Below, in pieces: positions 35,031 through 42,513 of a stretch of DNA of 64,000 nt. Source of the DNA: Bacteroidales bacterium (GTDB lineage Bacteria; Bacteroidota; Bacteroidia; Bacteroidales; F082); assembly GCA_045606865.1 (NCBI GenBank), contig JAZUST010000145.1:9359-73358 (forward strand), read 5' to 3'. Below the pieces are notes generated by a model. It had not been told where the DNA came from. It saw nothing but the letters and a program-made list of their open reading frames with translations, and did not search any database. How positions within the stretch are numbered: the stretch's first letter is position 1; each line of letters opens with the position of its first letter. The position numbers and the translations under genes are program-made.

Positions 35031-35107
35031 TGGCTGACCCTGTTGGATTCGAACCAACGGAATGCAGGAGTCAAAGTCCTGTGCCTTACCGACTTGGCTA
35101 AGGGTCA
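35031..35107 (-). tRNA. tRNA-Gln (anticodon UUG), CCA encoded
   Basis: Minus strand TGACCCT-TA-GCCAAGTCGGTAAGGC-A-CAGGA-CTTTGAC-TCCTG-CATTC-GTTGG-TTCGAAT-CCAAC-AGGGTCA-G-CCA. Full cloverleaf, closely like bacterial tRNA-Gln. Confidence 0.9.
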
Positions 35108-35242
35108 ATATAGAGACAGGTAGGTCTGCCAACCACACATCTGACATTTAATCACAGCAACAATGGAGACGGCGTTGTCACCGTCTTAACCCACCGCCCA
35201 CTGCCTTGCGGTAGTGTCGCATTTTGTTATCACATCTACCAG

Positions 35243-35336
35243 TGGTGGGATAGATCAGAGTCGAACTGATAACCAAGGGTATTCAACAGCAATATCCCTT
35301 CACGCTGTAAAGCTCTGCCGATTGAGCTACTATCCC
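35243..35336 (-). tRNA. 94-nt tRNA-like gene with canonical acceptor, D and T arms but a non-canonical 41-nt anticodon/variable region; identity undetermined
   Basis: GGGATAG-TA-GCTC-AATCGGCA-GAGC-[41 nt]-ATCAG-TTCGACT-CTGAT-CTATCCC-A-CCA. The 41 nt fold either as ACAGC/GCTGT with a 13-nt loop plus a long variable arm, or as a 9-bp hairpin. Confidence 0.6.
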
Positions 35337-35639
35337 ATATAAAAGGCTGTTTCCTCTTTCGGTCTATGTGTGCACCATAGCCCCTTAGCCTTACTGGACA
35401 TTTAACTATCATGTAAAGATAGCACCTATAATATTATTCTCCGTATAATGCAAACAAAAATATCAAAAACCAAAACAATTCATTTAATGGATATGTAGTG
35501 TCAAACATCGTCATAAAGGGCATATTACATACATCTAAAATCCAAAAAATTATTATTGATGTTCTTATTAAGTATCTCAATTTTAAACCACCTTAAAACT
35601 CAAATTTCATCGTGATTTTTAGGCTCTGAAACGCCCTAT

Positions 35640-36377
35640 TTAAGCCATTCTTGACTTTGCAATATTGAAGTAATTCTCATCTAGTTCAATTCCCAAGAAT
35701 TTTCGACCAAGATTCAAAGATGCAACTCCTGTTGTCCCACTACCCATAGCATTATCTACAATCACGTCGCCCTCGTTTGTGTATGTTCTTATCAAATATT
35801 CCGCCAACTTAACTGGCTTTTGTGTGGGGTGAACAGTATTCTTTTCTCTGTTAAATGATAATATGGTTAATGGGTATCTCTCTCCATTATTTGTAGTGGT
35901 TACAATTTTGTCAGAACTGCAATAATTTTTCGATTTACTTCCTTTTGTAGTAGTATAGGGTTTCCCCTCTCGCATTTGCGGATTGTATGTAGGTTGCTTT
36001 TTATAGAAAACCAATATCTCTTCAAAGTCTCTTAAAGGCATTCTCTTGGCATTAAGAAATCCTGTACCAGCTTCTTTCTGCCATATCCATTTGTATTTAT
36101 AATTTTTAAAATTCGACATTATCAACTCGGCACTAAATAAATCACTTGCAAAGAGAACAACCACTCCATTGTCTTTTAATATTCTGTTGTAGTGTTCCCA
36201 AAGCTTTTCAATATCAATTTCACAATCCCACTCATTCCAAGTTGTTTTTCGTTTCTTTGAAGAATATGGCAGATCACATAAAATCATATCAACTGATTTA
36301 TTTGGAATTTGATGCATTAACTCTAAACAATCGCCGTTCCACAACTCATAATCTTTTGTTTCAAATATGTATATCAC
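35640..36377 (-). CDS. DNA methyltransferase, beta-class amino-MTase (N6-adenine or N4-cytosine)
   Basis: ...MILCDLPYS... (D/SPPY-type motif IV) early. ...HPTQKPVKLAEYLIRTYTNEGDVIVDNAMGSGTTGVA... (motif I) late. GTG start. Confidence 0.85.
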   Translation of the reverse strand: MIYIFETKDYELWNGDCLELMHQIPNKSVDMILCDLPYSSKKRKTTWNEWDCEIDIEKLWEHYNRILKDNGVVVLFASDLFSAELIMSNFKNYKYKWIWQKEAGTGFLNAKRMPLRDFEEILVFYKKQPTYNPQMREGKPYTTTKGSKSKNYCSSDKIVTTTNNGERYPLTILSFNREKNTVHPTQKPVKLAEYLIRTYTNEGDVIVDNAMGSGTTGVASLNLGRKFLGIELDENYFNIAKSRMA

Positions 36378-36430
36378 CTACTTTCTACTTAATTATTCTC
36401 CATAAATTTCTCGATAAAAGAGAAATTCTA

Positions 36431-36874
36431 TCAGTCTTCATTTAGGATTTCCTTTATAGCATAGCTAAGAAATCCGATAAGCCAATACCCGTTTACTTGT
36501 TCTTCTCCCTCAATTTTTCTCAAGATTCGATGTTCAAGTTCTCTCAGGACATCTTGCTTAATTTGTTTTTGCGAAGAAGTTGTGTTTTTACTCTTACATT
36601 CGTATAATTTATCAGCAATCTTTTCTGCCTTTGTTTCGGGTTCTTTATTTTCAAGTTCAATCATCTTTTTAAGTATTGCATACGCATCTGATGCATTGGC
36701 TATTTTTGTTATGAGTTTATCTGCAAGAACTTGTCCTTCACATTGTTTTATATATGTATATAATTGATGCATTCCTACGGCAACGCCAAGATTGTAGGCT
36801 CTATATTCCACTGCATCTTTTGAGATATCGCCCCACAAATCCCAAACATATTTTTCGACCATTGATTTGCTCAC
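36431..36874 (-). CDS. hypothetical protein
   Basis: GTG 36874, 7 nt after GGAGG and 1 nt after the upstream TAA (the track start at 36907 overlaps the upstream gene). Ends TGA TAG. Confidence 0.65.
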   Translation of the reverse strand: MSKSMVEKYVWDLWGDISKDAVEYRAYNLGVAVGMHQLYTYIKQCEGQVLADKLITKIANASDAYAILKKMIELENKEPETKAEKIADKLYECKSKNTTSSQKQIKQDVLRELEHRILRKIEGEEQVNGYWLIGFLSYAIKEILNED

Positions 36875-36875
36875 A

Positions 36876-37283
36876 TTACGACCTCCACTCTTCGCATTGT
36901 ACACCATGTTTATTAAACCAGTCTGCTACCAAATGTCTGTGGCAAAAATCTGTCGGTTTCTCATAACAAATTAATGCAATATGCCAATCGGGACTATGAG
37001 TTACATTGTGCTGCATTTTACACCGAATATCATAAGGGATTAAAACTTGTAAATCATTATTAACATTTACAAAACTAAGCCCTTCCAATACCTGCTCATT
37101 AAAACACTTAATATAATAATCGTTGTCGTGATTCTTCTTCCACTCCATAAAGAAGTCATATTTTGGAGCGAGTTTTTTATACTGCAATCCCTTATACCAA
37201 TCTGGTGCTTTACCACATATTGAAATTGGTATGATATTTTCAGGCAATGATTTTAGCTTTGCAAAATAACTTGTGTATATCAT
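36876..37283 (-). CDS. DUF488-like protein
   Basis: ATG 37283 after GAGGGGAA. MIYTSYFAKL...LAPKYDFF...ALICYEKPTDFCHRHLVADWF matches the DUF488-type ...C.E....CHR..va.w end. Confidence 0.7.
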   Translation of the reverse strand: MIYTSYFAKLKSLPENIIPISICGKAPDWYKGLQYKKLAPKYDFFMEWKKNHDNDYYIKCFNEQVLEGLSFVNVNNDLQVLIPYDIRCKMQHNVTHSPDWHIALICYEKPTDFCHRHLVADWFNKHGVQCEEWRS

Positions 37284-37293
37284 ATTATTCCCC

Positions 37294-37659
37294 TCACTCA
37301 ATCCAAAAATATGTTACGTCTACCAGTTTGTTTGTCCAACTATCATTGCAAAAATCGTCCCAATCATCTAATATTTGTCGGAAAAATCTTTTACAGCCAT
37401 CAACTGTACCCCAACCATTTTCAGCTTCATACTGTTTATATTCCTCTGGATACTTAGTCAATTCGGCATAGCCATTCGCAATATATGGAATTACATCTTT
37501 GCAAAGACCATTGTTTTGTGCATTCTTCCATTCAAGCCCGGTAGACTTTACAATCATTTCTCTTACGTTCCACGTTATATTTGCATCACATTCGCCGACA
37601 CTTACATATGTATTTTCTAATCCTTCGACTTTGACTTTAAACGAAATATCATAACTCAT
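37294..37659 (-). CDS. hypothetical protein
   Basis: 121 aa. Start overlaps the previous stop (TAATG). Ends TGA GGG GAA TAA. Confidence 0.7.
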   Translation of the reverse strand: MSYDISFKVKVEGLENTYVSVGECDANITWNVREMIVKSTGLEWKNAQNNGLCKDVIPYIANGYAELTKYPEEYKQYEAENGWGTVDGCKRFFRQILDDWDDFCNDSWTNKLVDVTYFWIE

Positions 37660-37958
37660 TAGTTGCCCTCCTTATTACAGAATGGAGCCAAAACTTCATC
37701 AAGCATCTCTTGGTCAAAGTAATAATCAACAGTGCCATCCCCATTACATAAAGGATATATGATTTTAGAGCGATTGCCTCTCGCACATTCTCCCTTTGGT
37801 ACTAAGACCTTAATATAACTCCCATTCTTAAACTCAATAGTTGTGTCATTTTTAACTTTGTCGGATATAATTACTGCTTTGGTGTCGTCTTTTGTAGTTG
37901 TGTTGTATTGTAATGCTTTGACTACTGCAAGCAGCCCAGTAAAATTGAATTTACCCAT
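37659..37958 (-). CDS. hypothetical protein
   Basis: ATG after GGAGGAG. 99 aa. TAA stop. Confidence 0.7.
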   Translation of the reverse strand: MGKFNFTGLLAVVKALQYNTTTKDDTKAVIISDKVKNDTTIEFKNGSYIKVLVPKGECARGNRSKIIYPLCNGDGTVDYYFDQEMLDEVLAPFCNKEGN

Positions 37959-37974
37959 TTTAACTCCTCCATAT

Positions 37975-38217
37975 TTATTTCAAAGAATCCCAATGCTTCC
38001 CTATAAACTTAAATTTATCCATTAACAATGGGCGTTTATCAAATTGTTCTTTACCAAAAAGCTCAATAAATAATTTATTAAACTCTGACAAGTCAACATC
38101 AACATCTTCTTCCTGTTGACTTTGTGATGGTTTAGGTTCTGTTTTTACTGTACCGCCAAAAGGAACAATCACTTGTTTCGATGCAAATTCCAATGCTTCA
38201 TATGCTTCTTTGTTCAT
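37975..38217 (-). CDS. hypothetical protein
   Basis: ATG after TAGGAGG. 80 aa. TAA stop. Confidence 0.7.
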   Translation of the reverse strand: MNKEAYEALEFASKQVIVPFGGTVKTEPKPSQSQQEEDVDVDLSEFNKLFIELFGKEQFDKRPLLMDKFKFIGKHWDSLK

Positions 38218-38252
38218 TAAAACCTCCTAAATTTGCCAATGAAATGTGTATT

Positions 38253-38576
38253 TTATATATCTGCTTTAGGTTTATTTAAGTATGCAGAGCCATTTTTTAT
38301 AACAAAATCAAAACTAAAAGTTCCAAAATCTGTTACAACATATCCATTTTTGCATAGGCACCAGTGACCGCCAAAATTATTCCACCAAATAGTTCTATTT
38401 GTTAATTGCTCTAAATCCTCTAATGTCAATTTAGGATTATATTCTCGTTTTGCTTTTTCTTTTAAGGCAATGATTGCTAATTCAAGAGCTTCTCCTAAAT
38501 CAATATGCGGATATTTACCAATTTTATGGACGCATATATGGTCTTCAATTCTTTTAATTGCTTCATTTATTTCCAT
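38253..38576 (-). CDS. hypothetical protein
   Basis: ATG after GAGGTGA. 107 aa. TAA stop. Confidence 0.7.
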   Translation of the reverse strand: MEINEAIKRIEDHICVHKIGKYPHIDLGEALELAIIALKEKAKREYNPKLTLEDLEQLTNRTIWWNNFGGHWCLCKNGYVVTDFGTFSFDFVIKNGSAYLNKPKADI

Positions 38577-38604
38577 TTACAATCACCTCAATTTCACCAT
38601 AAAA

Positions 38605-38724
38605 TCAATAATCTTGACTAACCTTTTCTCTATGATTCTTTATACAAAACGCAGAAATTATGATAATAGGTATGACTATAATAGCCAGCACACCTATGAC
38701 AAGTCCCTTTATTGCCCAATTCAT
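38605..38724 (-). CDS. 39-aa single-pass membrane peptide
   Basis: ATG 38724, 9 nt after GGAGGG. MNWAIKGLVIGVLAIIVIPIIIISAFCIKNHREKVSQDY. TGA stop. Confidence 0.45.
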   Translation of the reverse strand: MNWAIKGLVIGVLAIIVIPIIIISAFCIKNHREKVSQDY

Positions 38725-38752
38725 TTTTTAAACCCTCCATAAAATAAATGTT

Positions 38753-39055
38753 TCATCTTATTTCTACCCAACCATTCTTTTGAATAACCCTACGCATATT
38801 TTCAACACCTACGGGATTCATACTATGGATACGAATAGGGTAGTTACGACCAGTTTCTTCAAGCCAATCGAGAAGTTTAATATAGTCACCACCATATTTT
38901 GCGTATTCGCCAGCATCATGGTCTATATCAATAATATCAATTCCGAAACTATGTTGTATAACCGGGTCTAATATAACTCGTTTCGCATCATTAACACTTT
39001 TGCACCACCAGTATCCTTTTGGGGCGGGTCTTACGTCGTCAACCCAAATTTTCAT
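38753..39055 (-). CDS. cyclic-phosphate-processing receiver (cPr)-like domain protein
   Basis: MKIWVDDVRPAPKGYWW..., ...IDIDHDAGE...GGDYIKLLDWLEE...PIRIHSMNPVGVENM... matches the receiver-like family described with RNA-repair systems (recalled from memory). Confidence 0.65.
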   Translation of the reverse strand: MKIWVDDVRPAPKGYWWCKSVNDAKRVILDPVIQHSFGIDIIDIDHDAGEYAKYGGDYIKLLDWLEETGRNYPIRIHSMNPVGVENMRRVIQKNGWVEIR

Positions 39056-39079
39056 AACACACCTCCATAAAATGAGTGT

Positions 39080-39523
39080 TCAAAGTTTGCATACCAGAAT
39101 GTCAATATCTGTCTTTTCAAATACAAGTTTAATGATTTCGGAAACCCTACTCCATTCGAGTTTGTCAAGACCACAACCGATAACCGGCATAGCAAGTCTC
39201 ATAATATTATTCTCTAAACAAATCTCTCTGCATTTCATAAGCGCAGTTGTAAGAGACTTATATGTAGGTTTATGGAAATACCTTTCTTTTGTTATAAGGT
39301 TTAATACTCTATCTTCTAAAATACAGTCGCCATCATATCTTTTGCTATGCCACTCATTAATATAATCAGGGTATTTTGTTTGTAGTTTTCGCTTCATATC
39401 GAATCTATTATTAAACTCAACAACAATACCTCGACCCATCCCAAAATCTGCACTAATACAGTGTGCCAAATAATAATCATCTGGTGTTGCAAATAAGTCT
39501 CTTGTTTCTTCTATATACTTCAT
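39080..39523 (-). CDS. macro-domain protein (TARG1/OARD1-like ADP-ribose hydrolase type)
   Basis: ATG 39523 after TAGGAGG. ...RDLFATPDDYYLAHCISADFGMGRGIVVEF..., ...LITKERYFHKPTY..., ...LAMPVIGCGLDKLEW.... Confidence 0.75.
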   Translation of the reverse strand: MKYIEETRDLFATPDDYYLAHCISADFGMGRGIVVEFNNRFDMKRKLQTKYPDYINEWHSKRYDGDCILEDRVLNLITKERYFHKPTYKSLTTALMKCREICLENNIMRLAMPVIGCGLDKLEWSRVSEIIKLVFEKTDIDILVCKL

Positions 39524-39548
39524 ATTACCTCCTATTAAAATGAAAATT

Positions 39549-40364
39549 TCATTGATATTTTTGATAGTTATATTCAAAACAGTTCATGTTAAAGTCAGGC
39601 TTGTCTATCTTTTCAAATTTACCATTACTGATTCTACGTTCAAATATCAAATCACAATCTTTAGGATTCTTTAATCCTTGATATTCAGAATACTCATTAA
39701 GCATTTTCTTAGCATCTTTATTTAGCGGATAGACATACCTAAACATAAAACCATTAATCTTATCAATGCCTTTATGTACACAAAAATCATGTGTGAGCCA
39801 AAATCTTTTTTCAACGCCATCATATTGTGCATTTTCTTGGAGTAAAACCTTTGCACTTCTTGGATGTATCTTCTCGCCAGTCTTAAGATTCATATACACA
39901 CTTGTCTTGAATTTACCTATGTAACGAAAATTGCTTGCCTGATAAACATATCCGGCTTTACCCATAATACCGTCAGCTAATGTATACAGTCACTTACAAT
40001 CTGTGTTTTGTTTCATCCACCTAACAAGTAGTGAAACAACCTCGCTGCCAAAAGATTTTGTACTATTCATATCCGGCAGGAAACACATCTTCCCTATTTC
40101 TAAATAATCAGTAGTAACGACATCGTGTTTATAGAATAATTTCTTTATCGTCTGTAAAGGCTGTGTTCCCCAACCCAAAGTTACTACTCCGAGAAGTTGT
40201 TCTTCTTTGAAAACACCTAAATAGCGTTTGGTTATACGAGGTAAGATTTTGGAGTAGTGATATTTTTGAACAAACTCTATTGCTATTTGCTTATCAATTT
40301 CCTTTATATCGTACTTATAAATTGTTCTTCACAGGAGAAACTCATGAGTTTTATGTGCGCACAA
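39549..40364 (-). CDS. Mom-like / GNAT-fold DNA-modification family protein containing two in-frame TGA codons (40329-40331, 39990-39992)
   Basis: TTG 40364, 7 nt after GAAAGGAG. One continuous frame: ...IAIEFVQKYHYSKILP...GVVTLGWG...EIGKMCFLPDM...LLVRWMKQNTDCK-TGA-LYTLADGIMGKAGYVYQASNFRYIG...FRYVYPL.... Confidence 0.7.
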
Positions 40365-40392
40365 CTCTTTTCTCCTTTCACTTTATTATTCT

Positions 40393-40650
40393 CTATAACT
40401 TTATGTTAAATATTAGTCCGTCAAGGTAGTCCTTTAAAAGTGTATCTCGCAAATCATCTAATGTTTCGCAGGACATACCCCAACTTATATGTTTATCGTG
40501 TAGGTCATAAAGGTCATAATTCCCATCTAAACATTGACACTTAAACAAGTGAAGAGTGTCGTCATTACGAGTCACTTCAACCAGTTTGCCCGGCACGATA
40601 CTGAATATAGTTTTTGTAATCCTCAATACCTGATTTTTATGAGATTCCAT
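40393..40650 (-). CDS. hypothetical protein
   Basis: 85 aa. ATG after GAGGTATAAG. TAG stop. Confidence 0.65.
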   Translation of the reverse strand: MESHKNQVLRITKTIFSIVPGKLVEVTRNDDTLHLFKCQCLDGNYDLYDLHDKHISWGMSCETLDDLRDTLLKDYLDGLIFNIKL

Positions 40651-40678
40651 ACTTATACCTCACTTTTGAATTGCGATT

Positions 40679-40858
40679 TTATTGTTTGTTGTATGCCGTA
40701 CAAAACTTGTCAATGACTTCCCACAACTCATCGCCACACTCACTACACAAATCAACAGTAGTCCATTTATGAGCCATTTCAATTTGGGTATCGTTAAAAT
40801 CTTTCATCGTGTCAAGTTCTTTCCCACAATGGTCGCAATATATTTTGTGTTCTTTCAT
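40679..40858 (-). CDS. small zinc-ribbon protein (59 aa, below the track threshold)
   Basis: ATG 40858. MKEHKIYCDHCGKEL...DLCSECGDELWEVIDKF.... TAA at 40679-40681. Confidence 0.5.
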   Translation of the reverse strand: MKEHKIYCDHCGKELDTMKDFNDTQIEMAHKWTTVDLCSECGDELWEVIDKFCTAYNKQ

Positions 40859-40862
40859 ACTC

Positions 40863-41219
40863 TCACTCCTCTATAGAACTTTCGCATTTTTCAAAATAAA
40901 ACTCTATCGGCTTTTCGTTTTCAATAACATTCCCATATGCAACTCCTATTTTGTAAATGTAGTTGTTTCTTAATTTTCGTGGAATTTCTTGAATGTATAT
41001 ACGGAAAGTTTCAAGGGTATTTGCTCTCTTGTAGTGATTACACATTCGGCAAGAGGGCATAAGGTTTGAAATATCGTCTGTACCTTCTTCGTTCCAACCT
41101 CTTTTTGCAACAAAGTGGTCTACTTGCATATCCTTATACTCTATTTTTCTACCACAATAAGCACACCTGCCGTTGTATTTTTCATATACCTTTTGCCGTA
41201 TTGCTTTGCTTATAGCCAT
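40863..41219 (-). CDS. HNH endonuclease
   Basis: ...CAYCGRKIEYKDMQVDHFVAKRGW...NLMPSCRMCNHYK... (CxxC...DH...N...CxxCN). Confidence 0.9.
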   Translation of the reverse strand: MAISKAIRQKVYEKYNGRCAYCGRKIEYKDMQVDHFVAKRGWNEEGTDDISNLMPSCRMCNHYKRANTLETFRIYIQEIPRKLRNNYIYKIGVAYGNVIENEKPIEFYFEKCESSIEE

Positions 41220-41262
41220 ATCCTCACTCCTTTTCTTGATAGAATCGTTCTTTTATGGTTGT

Positions 41263-41451
41263 TTAATAGGGATTATTCTCATCAAATTCACTTATAATTA
41301 TCGCAAGTGAATCGTAAGGTTTTCCCGTTCCCCTCAAAACCTGTTTGATTTCGTTTGCTACATATATTGTTTTACCATCTTCGATGCGAATTAACACATG
41401 AGCATCCATATCGCAATCAAGCAAATTTTTAATTAAATCCTTAACTCTCAT
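41263..41451 (-). CDS. hypothetical small protein
   Basis: 62 aa. TAA stop. Co-oriented and tightly packed with its neighbours. Confidence 0.55.
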   Translation of the reverse strand: MRVKDLIKNLLDCDMDAHVLIRIEDGKTIYVANEIKQVLRGTGKPYDSLAIIISEFDENNPY

Positions 41452-41455
41452 TCAA

Positions 41456-41896
41456 TTATTCTCCATCCGTTTCTTTATCAGCAATAAAAGATCTCGTGCC
41501 GTCCTTCATAACCCACTTACCATCTACAGAAAAATGGGTTTGTTTGAACCGATTCTCTCCCCATTGCTCAATTTCTTTTAAATCAATTCCTTTAGACTTG
41601 TATTTTTCTAAAAGCAACGTGGTAGCAGCACTTTCAAAATGCAAGCCAAAGTCAAGACAACGAGGAAGAGTAAACATGCTACTTTCTACAATAAAGTTAT
41701 TTAGCACTCTTTCCTTATCGTATTGTCTTCTAATAACGTCATAAACATCACAAAACTCATTTTCTGTTATTGTAAATTCATGGTTACATTTGAGACATAT
41801 AAATCTAAAACGATAAATTTTTGTCCAATTGCCAACTTGAATTCTATCAACTGTATAAAGTTTATAATTGTGCTTACAAAACCACCTTTTAAGCAA
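41456..41896 (-). CDS. hypothetical protein
   Basis: TTG after ACGGAGG. 146 aa, with an N-terminal C..(H)...C.C motif. Confidence 0.65.
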   Translation of the reverse strand: MLKRWFCKHNYKLYTVDRIQVGNWTKIYRFRFICLKCNHEFTITENEFCDVYDVIRRQYDKERVLNNFIVESSMFTLPRCLDFGLHFESAATTLLLEKYKSKGIDLKEIEQWGENRFKQTHFSVDGKWVMKDGTRSFIADKETDGE

Positions 41897-41986
41897 TTTT
41901 CAACCTCCGTTTTTCTCTCGTTTTCTTCGTTTTTCTCAATTTTTCAAGCCCATTTTCACTTTAAAATCTCAGTTTCATTGGGTATA

Positions 41987-42145
41987 CTATTTTTTCATTA
42001 TTTTCTTAATCCAAGCCTTAATCCTACATATAAAATCTGGCTCATAAAAACAATAATCATTTTCTGAGCAATATTCCCAACCCATACATGGTGGCAAGAC
42101 AGGCGTCCCAATTAAGTGTTTACATTCATAGCATTTATACTTCAT
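41987..42145 (-). CDS. small Cys-rich protein (52 aa, below the track threshold)
   Basis: ATG 42145 lies directly after, and in frame with, the TGA of the upstream gene. MKYKCYECKHLIGTPVLPPCMGWEYCSENDYCFYEPDFIC.... TAG stop. Confidence 0.45.
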   Translation of the reverse strand: MKYKCYECKHLIGTPVLPPCMGWEYCSENDYCFYEPDFICRIKAWIKKIMKK

Positions 42146-42397
42146 TCATCTTTCTCCTTTTGGTGGTTCAGGCAGAGGCATCCAGTGAGTCACAGAATCA
42201 ATGCTGCCGGGTATTCTCCAACAAGGCTCCTCTCTCCAATCCCAAAGTTCATAATATCCTTCCTTAACGAGTATATTTCCACTCTTTTGCTTACAAGCAC
42301 AAAGAACTCTAACCGATTTTTTAACCTTGTGGTCTCCCTTCCTTTTCTCTGTTTCAATCTCAGGAAGCTTATCTTTTACATCAATCCATTTATTCAT
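42146..42397 (-). CDS. DUF551-domain protein
   Basis: MNKWIDVKDKLPE...VTHWMPLPEPPK is the characteristic DUF551 start and end. Confidence 0.8.
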   Translation of the reverse strand: MNKWIDVKDKLPEIETEKRKGDHKVKKSVRVLCACKQKSGNILVKEGYYELWDWREEPCWRIPGSIDSVTHWMPLPEPPKGER

Positions 42398-42513
42398 TAT
42401 AAATTCTCCTTACTGTCTCCAAAATGATATAGTGATGTATAATCCAAACCATGCAAAGAACAGAATAAGCAATCCTAATATTGACAGTCCTGCAATTCCC
42501 AAAATTTTAAGTA

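Noticed and set aside
35108-35242. A third tRNA, or a suppressor tRNA, in the spacer between the two tRNA-type genes and in 34930-35030.
   Set aside because: Hairpins are present (AGACGG...CCGTCT, CACTGCC...GGTAGTG, GGGGGAGTCCTCCTCCC), but there is no T-loop, no acceptor pairing and no TCA, CTA or TTA anticodon loop. This may be processed spacer RNA.
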